Below, piece by piece: positions 37,549 to 46,920 of a stretch of DNA of 64,000 nt. The stretch's first letter is position 1, and every line of letters begins with the position of its first letter. Both the position numbers and the translations under genes were made by a program. The notes beneath the pieces are model-generated. The model was not told the DNA's origin, did not search any database, and saw only the letters and a list, made by a program, of their open reading frames with translations. Location of the stretch: contig CAWAIF010000003.1 of NCBI GenBank assembly GCA_963782055.1, forward strand, positions 4,704,001 through 4,768,000, in the 5' to 3' direction. Source of the stretch: an uncultured delta proteobacterium (lineage in GTDB: Bacteria > Myxococcota_A > Polyangia > Polyangiales > Polyangiaceae).

Positions 37549-38471
37549 GGCTTGCCTCGTTTCGTGCTCTTCGACGTGGTGGACGCCGCGCGATGCCTCC
37601 GCCGCGGGGGGGCGGGCGGCGCCGCCGGCGCCGCGGGGCGACCGGCGCGGGTCTCGATCTCCGGCGTGGCGTGGCGCGACAGCAGCACCTGGTCCATCGC
37701 CTCCAGCGCGCGGCGCACCAGCTCGCGCGCGCTCGCCGCGTCGCCCGCGCGGATCAGCTCGATGACCAGCGGGTAGTGCTCGAGCGAGCGCCGCGGCTCG
37801 TCGTAGAGCATCGCCACCAGCTCCGGCTGCTCGTCGGGGAAGCGGGCGAAGGTGTTGAGGATGAGCTCCAGCCCGACGTTGTGCGCGGCGCGGATCACGG
37901 TCCGCTGGAAGGCGATGTCCCCGCGGGCCATCGCCATCGGGTCGTCCACGTTGGCGCGCTGCGACTCGGCCACGGCCTCGAGCGCGGCGAGGTCCGCCTC
38001 GGTGTGGCGCTCGGCGGCGAGGGCGACCGCCTCGGCGGCGAGGATGCGGCGCACCTCCAGGATGGCGGCGAACAGCTCGTTGCGGGCGGGGTCCTCCGGA
38101 TCGAGGGCGCTGCCCAGCGCGCCGAGCGCGTCCAGCCCGGCGCGCTCGCGCCACGAGGCGACGACGGTACCGGCCCCGTGACGCGTGACCACCAGGCCGA
38201 GCGCCTCCAGCCGGGCGAGCGCGGCGCGCAGCGTGAGCCGGTTGATGCCGAGGGCGAGGGACAGCTCGCGCTCGGAGGGCAGGCGGGCGCCCGCGTGGAG
38301 GCGGCCGCTGAGGATCTCGCCGCGGATGCGGTCGGCCACGGCGTCGACGACGCTGGACCGCGCGATGGGCCCGAGCACCGAGATGGCGTCGGGCGTCTCG
38401 GCCGGCTCGGCCGGCTCGGCCGTGGGGGCCAACGGAGGAGAGTTGATTGGGTGATTCACTGGTTGAACCAA
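37545..38471 (-). CDS. GntR/FadR family transcriptional regulator
   Basis: [30 protein letters not shown] wHTH plus FCD domain; start uncertain. Confidence 0.9.
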   Translation of the reverse strand: MVQPVNHPINSPPLAPTAEPAEPAETPDAISVLGPIARSSVVDAVADRIRGEILSGRLHAGARLPSERELSLALGINRLTLRAALARLEALGLVVTRHGAGTVVASWRERAGLDALGALGSALDPEDPARNELFAAILEVRRILAAEAVALAAERHTEADLAALEAVAESQRANVDDPMAMARGDIAFQRTVIRAAHNVGLELILNTFARFPDEQPELVAMLYDEPRRSLEHYPLVIELIRAGDAASARELVRRALEAMDQVLLSRHATPEIETRAGRPAAPAAPPAPPRRRHRAASTTSKSTKRGKP

Positions 38472-38472
38472 T
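38458..38472. promoter_or_regulatory. FadR-type operator palindrome
   Basis: TGGTTGAACCA (TGGT-N3-ACCA) at 38460-38470, at the 5' end of the GntR/FadR gene. Confidence 0.6.
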
Positions 38473-38668
38473 TAGCCCCCTCCGCCGAGCTGCGCAAGAC
38501 CTTTCGCAGCAAAATCGTCTTCGCGGCAAAACGATGTGTGATTTCGAGCTACGGCCGACGCGTGGAGACCCGTGCGAGGCGGCGGCCGGGCCGCGCCGGA
38601 TCGTCAGCACGCTCGCGATCCGGCGTGGCGGCTTCGGCGGCGGGGCGGGGGCTGCTACAACATCCGCC

Positions 38669-39709
38669 ATGATCGACCTCCGCAGCGACACCGTCACGCG
38701 GCCGACGCCCGCCATGCGCGAGGCGATGGCGCGGGCGGAGGTGGGCGACGACGTCTACGGCGAGGACCCCACCGTCCTCGCCCTCCAGGAAGAGGTCGCG
38801 CGCATCACGGGCAAGGAGGCCGCGCTCTTCGTCTCCTCCGGGTCGATGGGCAACCAGCTCGCCATCGCCCTCGCCACTCGCCCTGGCGACGAGGTGATCG
38901 TCGGCGAGGGCGCGCACCCCGTCTTCTACGAGGCGGGCGCCGGCCCCGCGCTGAGCGGCGTTCAGTTCGCCGTCGCCGGCGAGGGCGGCCTCTTCACCGC
39001 CGACGAGATGGAGGCGGTCGTCAAGCCGCGCGCCTACTACTCGCCGCGCACCTCGCTCGTCTGCGTGGAGAACACGCACAACCGCGCGGGCGGCCGCGTC
39101 TTCCCGCAGCGCGACGCCGCCGCCATCGCCGATCGCGCGCACGCCCTCGGCCTGGCCGCCCACCTGGACGGCGCGCGCCTCTGGAACGCGAGCGCCGCGA
39201 CGAAGACCCCCGTCGCCGACCTCGCCGCGCCCTTCGACACGGTGAGCGTCTGCTTCTCCAAGGGCCTGGGCGCGCCGGTCGGCAGCGCCCTCGCCACCAC
39301 GCGCGAGGCCGTCGAGCGCGCGCGCCGCTTCCGCAAGATGTGGGGCGGCGGCACGAGGCAGGCAGGCATCCTCGCCGCCGGCGCGCTCCACGCGCTCGCC
39401 CACCACCGCGAGCGTCTGGCCGAGGACCACGAGAACGCGCGGCACCTCGCGACCGCGCTGGCGCGCGCGCCGCACGTGACGGTGGACCTCGCCCGCGTGG
39501 AGACCAACATCGTCAACGTCGACCTGCCCGTCCCGGCCGACATCGTGTCCGCACTCGCGAAAAAGAAGGGTGTGCTCATCAGCCCCTCCGGACCGAAGCG
39601 CCTGCGCGCGGTCACCCACCTGGACGTGTCGCGCGCCGACATCGACACCGCCGCCTCGGTGCTGGCCGAAGCGGCGGCGCGCGCGGTCGCCGAGCACGGA
39701 GCGCGGTGA
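38669..39709 (+). CDS. ltaE: Low-specificity L-threonine aldolase
   Basis: [44 protein letters not shown]. Confidence 0.92.
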   Translation: MIDLRSDTVTRPTPAMREAMARAEVGDDVYGEDPTVLALQEEVARITGKEAALFVSSGSMGNQLAIALATRPGDEVIVGEGAHPVFYEAGAGPALSGVQFAVAGEGGLFTADEMEAVVKPRAYYSPRTSLVCVENTHNRAGGRVFPQRDAAAIADRAHALGLAAHLDGARLWNASAATKTPVADLAAPFDTVSVCFSKGLGAPVGSALATTREAVERARRFRKMWGGGTRQAGILAAGALHALAHHRERLAEDHENARHLATALARAPHVTVDLARVETNIVNVDLPVPADIVSALAKKKGVLISPSGPKRLRAVTHLDVSRADIDTAASVLAEAAARAVAEHGAR

Positions 39710-40800
39710 GGCGAGCCGCCGCCGTCCTGACCGTCGTCCTCGCGGCGTGCGGCGGCGCCATCCCGCCGTACGCCACCCACTTCGCCGCCGCCGAGCGCGC
39801 CGAGTCCGCCGGACGCTACGAGGAGGCGGCGCGCGCCTACGACGCCGCCACGACCGACGCCACCGCCCCCGCGCGCGAGCGCGACCACGCACGCTGGCTG
39901 GCGGGCCTGATGTGGCTGCGCGCGGGCGACGTCGCCCAGGGCGCCGCGCACCTGCGCGCTGTCGCCGCCGGAGGCGGCCAGGACGCCCCCGAGGCGGCCC
40001 TCCGGCTGGCGCGCATCCACCTCGCGCACGGCGACCCCGCCGCGCTGGACGAGCTCGACGCCGTCGCCCTGCGCTTCTCCCAGAGCGGCGCCGCCCTCCA
40101 GGCCCTGCGCGCGCGACTCATCCAGGAGGACGAGCGCGGCCCGGAGCAGGCCCTCGCCTACCTGCACGCCATCCGGGCGAAGCTTGACGCCGGCGGCAAG
40201 ACCAGCGAGCTCGACGACTTCGTCGCGTACTCCGCCGCCGAGCGCGTGGCGCGTGCGGGCCGCACCGCCGAGGCGCGCGACGCCTTCGTCGCCGTGGCGC
40301 AGAAGTGGCCCTATCCCAAAGCCTACTTCGACGACGCGCTCTTCCGCGCGAGCGAGCTCGACGAGAAGCTCGGCCGCTACCAGGCCGCGGTCGACGATCT
40401 GCGCCGCATGCTCTCGGTGCGCGAGTCCTCGACGTTGCCCGGCAGCTACGACCGCCCGCGCTTCCCCGCCGGCGCCTTCCGCATCGCGGTGCTGCTGCGC
40501 GACCGGCTCGGTCGCCCCGACGAGGCCCACGACGCCTTCGTCCGCTTCGCGCGCGACTTCGACACCTCGGTGCTCGTCGACGACGCGCTCTGGAACGCCG
40601 CGGCCCTCGAGCGCGCGCGCGGCGACGCGGACGCCGCGTGCGACGACCTCGCCGACCTGGTCGGCGCGCGGCCGGACTCGCGCTACGTGCCGTGCGCGGT
40701 GAAGCAGTGCAAGGACATCGAGAGGCCGAAGGAGAGCCGCGCCCCGAAGACGTGCCGCGCGTACATCACGCGACGCCAGTCCGCGGAACGTCGGAGATGA
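39706..40800 (+). CDS. TPR-repeat lipoprotein
   Basis: Lipobox LAAC; repeated DDAL/YP helical pairs; GTGA overlap with ltaE. Confidence 0.75.
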   Translation: MRRAAAVLTVVLAACGGAIPPYATHFAAAERAESAGRYEEAARAYDAATTDATAPARERDHARWLAGLMWLRAGDVAQGAAHLRAVAAGGGQDAPEAALRLARIHLAHGDPAALDELDAVALRFSQSGAALQALRARLIQEDERGPEQALAYLHAIRAKLDAGGKTSELDDFVAYSAAERVARAGRTAEARDAFVAVAQKWPYPKAYFDDALFRASELDEKLGRYQAAVDDLRRMLSVRESSTLPGSYDRPRFPAGAFRIAVLLRDRLGRPDEAHDAFVRFARDFDTSVLVDDALWNAAALERARGDADAACDDLADLVGARPDSRYVPCAVKQCKDIERPKESRAPKTCRAYITRRQSAERRR

Positions 40801-40852
40801 GATCGCGGGCCTTGCCGTGCTCGAGGCACGTCCGCCCGCCATTCACATCCTC

Positions 40853-41251
40853 TCAGTCGCCCTCTTCCTCTTCCTCTTCCTCGTCGAGGTCCTCGTCGTC
40901 CTCGTCGAGATCCTCGTCGTCGTCGAAGTCCTCCGCGTCCTCTTCGTCCTCGTCCTGGGCGACGACGCGGCCCTTCTTCTCGAACTTCACGTCGACGCCC
41001 ACCTCGCCGAGCTGCGTGTCCACCAGCTCGAAGAGCTCGTCGACGTCGTCGCCGCTCCACTCGTCGAGCATGTCGGTGATGAACTCGAAGAAATCGCCGT
41101 TGTCGAGGCGACGCTCGATCTCCTCCACCTGCTCCTCGGTGAAGGCCTCGAGAATGTCCTCGCGCAACGTCTCGGTGTCGCCCTCCTCCACCGCATCCTG
41201 CGCGGAGAGGCGAATCTGCTTCACGGCACGCTTATCGAGCACAATCTCCAT
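40853..41251 (-). CDS. Small, extremely acidic hypothetical protein
   Basis: 132 aa, about 44% Asp+Glu by my count; GGAGA RBS. Confidence 0.75.
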   Translation of the reverse strand: MEIVLDKRAVKQIRLSAQDAVEEGDTETLREDILEAFTEEQVEEIERRLDNGDFFEFITDMLDEWSGDDVDELFELVDTQLGEVGVDVKFEKKGRVVAQDEDEEDAEDFDDDEDLDEDDEDLDEEEEEEEGD

Positions 41252-41481
41252 GGGGCGTCTCCGCCGGAATCCCCCGGCTCCCGTACGACAAGGCGAATAG
41301 GGCAACCGCGCGCACGCTGTCAATGCCCGCGAACCACCCCCGCGACGGAGCGGCGGCCGAGCTCCCCTCGCCCCACCCGGCTCCCGCAAACTTTTGCGGC
41401 CCGTCATGACGTCGAGGTGACGCGCCGACCGTTCGCTCCTATGCTCGTCCGGTGCGGCGCCCAGCGCGTCGCGCACGCCTC

Positions 41482-42114
41482 ATGCGGCCCCGCCCCCTTG
41501 CCCAGCTCGTCCTCGCGGCGGCCCTCCTCGCCCCCGCCGCCGCCCGGGCCGACGACACCGAGGACGCCTCCACCCCCACGCACCTGCGGCGGGAGTACGT
41601 CCAGTACGGCCTCGCCTTCACCGGCGAGTTCGTCGTCGCACCCGGCCCCATCTGCGGCGGCACCGCGCAGGGGGCCCCGTGCATCCTGGGCAGCGGGGGC
41701 GGGGTGGCCATCCGCCTGGGGCAGCGGCTCCGCGCCCCGTTCTGGCTGGGCGGCGCGTACGAGTTCTCCAAGCAGGAGCCTGGGCAGGTCTACCGCCTGG
41801 CGATCCTGCAACAGCTGCGCGCGGAGGGCCGCTTCTACATCGACACCGGCCGCACCACGCAGCCCTACTTCTCGGCCACCGTCGGCGGCGTGGGCTACGG
41901 CAACCTCTGGGGCCTCGACACCGGCGGCCCGGAGGCCGGCCTCGGGCTCGGCTCCGAGACGCAGCTCTCGACTGGCCTCGTCGTGGGCTTCTCGCTCACC
42001 TACCGCGGGATGTTCCTCGCGTCCTTCGACGACTCGGGCGGCACGCACCGTCCGGAGGGCTTCGCCCAGGTGCTCGGGCTGGATCTGGTCCTCGAGTCGC
42101 GCGACTCTCTCTGA
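41482..42114 (+). CDS. Probable small outer-membrane beta-barrel protein
   Basis: Signal peptide ending AARA; alternating aromatic/Gly strands. Confidence 0.6.
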   Translation: MRPRPLAQLVLAAALLAPAAARADDTEDASTPTHLRREYVQYGLAFTGEFVVAPGPICGGTAQGAPCILGSGGGVAIRLGQRLRAPFWLGGAYEFSKQEPGQVYRLAILQQLRAEGRFYIDTGRTTQPYFSATVGGVGYGNLWGLDTGGPEAGLGLGSETQLSTGLVVGFSLTYRGMFLASFDDSGGTHRPEGFAQVLGLDLVLESRDSL

Positions 42115-42216
42115 TCGCCCTCGCCGAGCTCCCGGGGGACACAACGGGGGATAGAACGCCGCCGCACGCGGAAACCCGCTTGACGGGGACGCCCGCTCCG
42201 AGTTCCCTACCTACTC

Positions 42217-43755
42217 GTGATTTGCGCGACCTGTGGTCGAAACAACGGCGACCATCTCGTCTTCTGCGAGGACTGCGGCGCTCGTCTCGCGCCGCGCGTC
42301 GCCCCGCCCACCCCGGCGATCGGCATCCCCATGCCGCCCGGTGCGGGAGGCGCTGCGCCCGCAGCCGGCCCTTCCGCTGCGCCCGGGCCCGCGCCGGCGA
42401 AGGGTGTCACCTGTCCGCGCTGCGGCGCCAACAACAACGCGGGCATGCGCTTCTGCATCACGTGCGGCAGCCCGCTGGAGGGCAAGCCATCGAAGCCCTC
42501 GATGCCTGCGCCCGTCCCCGCGCCCGCCGCGCCGCAACCCACGCCCGCGCCCGCGGCGCAGCCACCCACCCCTGTCGCCCACACCCCCGCGCCCGCGCCC
42601 AGCCCGGGCATCGCGGCGCCGGGGCCGGCCATCGCGCCGGTGCCGGTCGTGGGGCTTGGAGCCCCCGCGCCCCAAGCGGCGACCCGCGCGTGCAAGCGCT
42701 GCAAGGGGGTGTGCGACGCCAACGCGCAGTTCTGCCGCTTCTGCGGCGCACCCCTGGCGGATGGAAAAGACACTGAGCCCATCCCGGTGATGGCGTCGCC
42801 CAGTCAGGCCGCCCCGGCCGCGCCACCCGCCGCGTCGCCTCCGGCAGCCGCGACGCCCGTGCCGGCTGCCGCGAGCCCGGCGCCGGCTGCCACGACGCCG
42901 CGGCTGGATGCGACCCTCATCTCCGGCCCGCCCGGCGGCATGGACGCCACCACCCCCGCCCCCACGCCCGCGGAGGAGCACGAGAAGACGAAGGTCATCC
43001 AGGCCTACCAGGGGGAGGTCGCGCCCGCCGGCCGCCTCGTCGTGATCGCCAAGGATGGCGGCGAGGGCCCGAGCTTCCCCATCCTCGACCAGCTGGACAT
43101 CGGCCGCGCCGATGGCGAGGCCACCTTCGCCGAGGACCGCTACCTCGCGCCGCGTCACGCCCGCATCGTCCGCGTCGGCGACACGCTCCGCGTCCGCGAT
43201 CTGGGCTCGCCCAACGGCATCTATCTGCGCCTGCGGAAGAAGGGCGCCGGCGCGACGGAGTACGCCGGCGAGGCGCCGCTCGCCGACCAGGATTTGATCT
43301 TGATCGGGCAGCAGGTGCTAAGGTTCGAGATCGTGAAAGACGCCGAGGAGGGGTTCGGGGCGGCCTCCGAGCACGGTACACTTGTCTTTGGCACACCGGC
43401 GGCTCCAAGGTACGCTCGGCTTTGCCAGCGGACGACCGAAGGGGTCGCCCGCGACGTGTATCACTTGCGCAAGGCGGAGACCGTGCTCGGACGCGAATCG
43501 GGAGACATCGTGTTCACGGAGGACCCATTCCTCTCGCGCCGGCACGCGGCCGTCCGCATGGACACGCCCGAGAGCTTCGCCCTGGTGGACCTCGACTCCT
43601 CCAACGGCACCTTCATCCGGATCCGCGGGGAGGTGGCCGTGCAGGACGGCGACGAGCTGCGCATGGGTCAGGAGCTGTTCCGTGTCGACCTGAAGTCGCT
43701 CGGCGGCCGCGCCGCGATGCCCAGCACCAGCGACGCCGCGAGGGCGCCTGCATGA
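42217..43755 (+). CDS. Zinc-ribbon and double-FHA domain protein
   Basis: Three CxxC...FCxxCG ribbons, Pro-rich linkers, two FHA domains (IGR..H..GSPNG; LGR..SRRH..SSNGT). Confidence 0.88.
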   Translation: MICATCGRNNGDHLVFCEDCGARLAPRVAPPTPAIGIPMPPGAGGAAPAAGPSAAPGPAPAKGVTCPRCGANNNAGMRFCITCGSPLEGKPSKPSMPAPVPAPAAPQPTPAPAAQPPTPVAHTPAPAPSPGIAAPGPAIAPVPVVGLGAPAPQAATRACKRCKGVCDANAQFCRFCGAPLADGKDTEPIPVMASPSQAAPAAPPAASPPAAATPVPAAASPAPAATTPRLDATLISGPPGGMDATTPAPTPAEEHEKTKVIQAYQGEVAPAGRLVVIAKDGGEGPSFPILDQLDIGRADGEATFAEDRYLAPRHARIVRVGDTLRVRDLGSPNGIYLRLRKKGAGATEYAGEAPLADQDLILIGQQVLRFEIVKDAEEGFGAASEHGTLVFGTPAAPRYARLCQRTTEGVARDVYHLRKAETVLGRESGDIVFTEDPFLSRRHAAVRMDTPESFALVDLDSSNGTFIRIRGEVAVQDGDELRMGQELFRVDLKSLGGRAAMPSTSDAARAPA

Positions 43756-43765
43756 GGCTCCCGTC

Positions 43766-44959
43766 GTGACGCAGCCCGAGACCCCCGCGGCCGAGACCGC
43801 CGTCGAGACGCGTGAAGACCCCGCGCCGCGTGGCGAGGTGCGCGTCAAGCTCTTCGCCCGCACCGACGTCGGGCAGGTACGCGAGCACAACGAGGACAAC
43901 TTCCTCGTGGCCGACCTGACCCAGCGCGCCCGCGGCCTGCACGAGGCCAACCGCGAGGTCGCGATCGCCGGCAACGGGCAGCTCCTCGCCGTGTGCGACG
44001 GCATGGGCGGCGCGGCGGCGGGCGAGATCGCCAGCCAGCTCGCGGTCGACATCATCTACGAGAGCATGGTCGAGGGCCTGGACCCCACGACCGAGCGCAA
44101 CGACATCGCCCGCCGGCTGGTCCGCGCGGTGGAGGCCGCCGGCCTGCGCATCTTCCAGGAAGCGAAGGCGGACCGCACCCGGCGCGGCATGGGCACCACC
44201 GTCACCGCGGCTGCGCTCGTGGACGACCACCTCTTCCTGGCGCAGGTGGGCGACTCGCGCGGCTACATCCTGCGCAACGGCGTGCTCACGCAGGTCACGC
44301 GGGATCAGTCGCTGGTCAACCAGCTCATCGAGGCCGGCCAGCTCACCGAGGAAGAGGCCGAGACCTTCGAGCACAACAACATCATCCTGCAGGCGCTCGG
44401 CACCGCGGACACCGTGCAGGTGGACCTCACCTACGTCGAGCTGCGCAAGGGCGACACCCTGCTGCTCTGCTCCGACGGCCTGTCGGGCATGGTGCGCGGC
44501 GACGAGATCCGCGAGGTGCTCAAGACCGCGGCGGACCCGCTCGAGGCGTGCAAGACCCTCACCGAGCGCGCCAACCTCGCCGGCGGACACGACAACATCA
44601 CGGTCATCGTCGCCAGGTTCGACGGCGAGGGCCTGCAGGACACGTCGGCCGACACCGAGCCGCTCAAGTACCGCAAGTACAACCTGCCGGAGGAGTCGAC
44701 CGGGCCGTACCGCCGCAACGCCACCACGGTGACCGGCCGGCAGCCCGAAGAGCGCGAGGTCGCGGCGCCGCTGGATGGCGCGGGCGCGTCCCCGCAGCCG
44801 GCCGTGGTCGGCGGCGCCGCCACGTGGCCCGCCGCCGCGGGCGCGGAGGAGGAGCGTATCGACATCCCGGGCACGCACGTGCCGGCGGGCGTCGTCGTCG
44901 GCCTCATCCTCGGCGTCATCCTGCTCTTCGCCGCGACGGCCTTTTTGCTGCTGCGCTGA
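43766..44959 (+). CDS. PP2C-family Ser/Thr phosphatase (Stp1/IreP-like) with C-terminal TM
   Basis: REHNED, VCDGMGG, VGDSRGY, LCSDGL, GGHDNIT. Confidence 0.93.
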   Translation: MTQPETPAAETAVETREDPAPRGEVRVKLFARTDVGQVREHNEDNFLVADLTQRARGLHEANREVAIAGNGQLLAVCDGMGGAAAGEIASQLAVDIIYESMVEGLDPTTERNDIARRLVRAVEAAGLRIFQEAKADRTRRGMGTTVTAAALVDDHLFLAQVGDSRGYILRNGVLTQVTRDQSLVNQLIEAGQLTEEEAETFEHNNIILQALGTADTVQVDLTYVELRKGDTLLLCSDGLSGMVRGDEIREVLKTAADPLEACKTLTERANLAGGHDNITVIVARFDGEGLQDTSADTEPLKYRKYNLPEESTGPYRRNATTVTGRQPEEREVAAPLDGAGASPQPAVVGGAATWPAAAGAEEERIDIPGTHVPAGVVVGLILGVILLFAATAFLLLR

Positions 44960-44969
44960 GCTTCCGGGC

Positions 44970-45809
44970 TCAGCGCCTGCCCGCCTGCGCGAGCGCATAG
45001 CGCGCGACGGCGTTGCCCGGCTGGAGCGCGAGCGACCTGTGCGCGGCGTCGGTGCCGGCGGTGGCGTCCCCTTCGGCGATGCGGTCCACGGCGATCCAGG
45101 CCCACGCGGCGGCGGCGAGGCTCGGGTCGGACGACTCGGCCAGTGGGCGAAGTGTCGAGAGCGCGCGCGTGTGATCGCCGGCGCGAAGCAGGCGGCGCCC
45201 GACGAGCAGGAGCAGCTCCGGACGCTCGCCGAGGAGCTGGCGCCCGCGGTCGAGGGTGGCGTCGGCGTCCGCGTCGCGACCGAGCCGCAGCAGGCACTCC
45301 GTCAGGCCCGCCCAGCCCTCGACCCTCTCCGGCGCGACCTGCGTGAGGCGGAGGAACTGCTCGCGCGCCGGGTCGATGGCGCCGCGCGCGAACAGCAGCC
45401 GGCCGAGGTTGACGCGCGCCGGCGCGAAGCCGGGGTCCACCTTGAGGGCCTCGCGGTAGTGCTTCTCGGCCGCGCGCGTGTCGCCGGCCTTCTCCGCGAC
45501 GAGCCCCAGCCCGTGGTGCGGCGCGGGCAGGTCCGGGTTGAGCGAGCGGGCGTGGCGCAGGTCGTGGCGGGCCTTGTCCAGCCGGCCGCGCCGCAGCTCC
45601 ACGAGCCCCAGGTTCACCCACGCCTCGGTGAAGCGCGGGTTGTACTCCAGGGCCAGAGCGATCTGCGCCTCGGCGGCGTCGAGATCGCCGTCGCCCAGCG
45701 CCGCGGCGCCGCGGTCGTTGAGCTGGATGGCGCGGGCCGGAAGGGGCGGCCGCGTGGTGGCGCATCCCACAACCAGCGCGCAGAGGGCGAGGAGGAGCAG
45801 AGCTTTCAC
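44970..45809 (-). CDS. TPR-repeat lipoprotein
   Basis: Lipobox VVGC; ALEYNP..TEAWVNLG, ALKVDP..A.ARVNLG. Confidence 0.82.
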   Translation of the reverse strand: MKALLLLALCALVVGCATTRPPLPARAIQLNDRGAAALGDGDLDAAEAQIALALEYNPRFTEAWVNLGLVELRRGRLDKARHDLRHARSLNPDLPAPHHGLGLVAEKAGDTRAAEKHYREALKVDPGFAPARVNLGRLLFARGAIDPAREQFLRLTQVAPERVEGWAGLTECLLRLGRDADADATLDRGRQLLGERPELLLLVGRRLLRAGDHTRALSTLRPLAESSDPSLAAAAWAWIAVDRIAEGDATAGTDAAHRSLALQPGNAVARYALAQAGRR

Positions 45810-45871
45810 GCGCCCCCATCGGCCCGGGGGCGCGGCCGGTTGCGCGGCTCGGGGCCCGGGCGGGCGGGGGA

Positions 45872-46918
45872 TCAGGGAGGGTCGACGCGCGGGGCGGGGC
45901 GCGGCTCGGCCCCGGAGTGCAGCCGCATGAGCGACGGCTCGCCCTCGCTGACGCCGGTGTAGACGTTGGTGACGTCGTCGGGCGCGGTGACCTGCCGGGC
46001 ATCGAACACGGGCCTCAGCACGTAGAGCCCGGAGTGGAGGAAGGTGCCATCCGGGCAGCTCGGGCCGATGCCGACGACCTCCGAGGTGTGGCGCCGCGGC
46101 GACAGCGTGTGGAGCAGCTCGGGGATGGCCACCGCCGCGAGCGATCCGCTGCAGCGGACCAGGCGTCCGTCCGTCCGCCGGACGACGAAGCCGAGCGTCT
46201 GCGGGCGCACGAGCACACGCAGGGAGCGCTCGCCCTCGTTGGTCACGCGGATGACCGTCTGGCGCTCGAAGAGACGGCCGATGTCCAGCCGCGCGGGCAT
46301 CGTGACCTTGAGCTGCTCGCGGAAGGCGACGGTGGGGACGGTGGTCGACGCGGCCTCCGGCGCGCCGGCGTCGGCGGGGGCTGGCGGGAGGGTGATGGGC
46401 GGCGCCTGGATCTCCTTGGCCGCGGCGGGGGCGCCCGCGTCTCCGGCGACGAGCGCCGCGGTCACGTACGGCGGGGCGAGGTGCGTGGAGCGCCACCCGA
46501 AGTGCCCGACCACCGACGCGCCGGGCACGAGCGCCGCGGCGTCGCGCGAGCTGAAGCAGTACAGGCGCGGGTCGAAGTGCGCGGTGTAGCTGCGGCCAGG
46601 CACCAGCACGAGCGCGCGGGCTACGTCGCTGACGGGCTGCATGTCGCGAGGCAGCCGGCAGGAGACGGTGCGCCCGCCGGGCGGCGTCACGTCCAGCGAG
46701 AGCAGGTAGGAGTCCGCCACGATGCGCAGCGGCACCGTCCCGGTGTTTGCCACCTTCATCGTCCACTGGTGCGGCGTCGGCGCGTCGAGCGCGAGCGACA
46801 CCTGCGGCGGTGGTGGAGGTGGCGGCGGCGGTGGCTTGGCCTTGCGGCGGGCGGCGAGCGCGACGGCGGCGGTCGACACCGCCACCATCACGAACAGCGC
46901 CACCCGCCCGGCACGCAT
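45872..46918 (-). CDS. Secreted hypothetical protein with two related beta-rich domains
   Basis: Signal peptide, poly-Pro, two V.N.G...L.V...C...C units. Confidence 0.65.
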   Translation of the reverse strand: MRAGRVALFVMVAVSTAAVALAARRKAKPPPPPPPPPPQVSLALDAPTPHQWTMKVANTGTVPLRIVADSYLLSLDVTPPGGRTVSCRLPRDMQPVSDVARALVLVPGRSYTAHFDPRLYCFSSRDAAALVPGASVVGHFGWRSTHLAPPYVTAALVAGDAGAPAAAKEIQAPPITLPPAPADAGAPEAASTTVPTVAFREQLKVTMPARLDIGRLFERQTVIRVTNEGERSLRVLVRPQTLGFVVRRTDGRLVRCSGSLAAVAIPELLHTLSPRRHTSEVVGIGPSCPDGTFLHSGLYVLRPVFDARQVTAPDDVTNVYTGVSEGEPSLMRLHSGAEPRPAPRVDPP

Positions 46919-46920
46919 GA

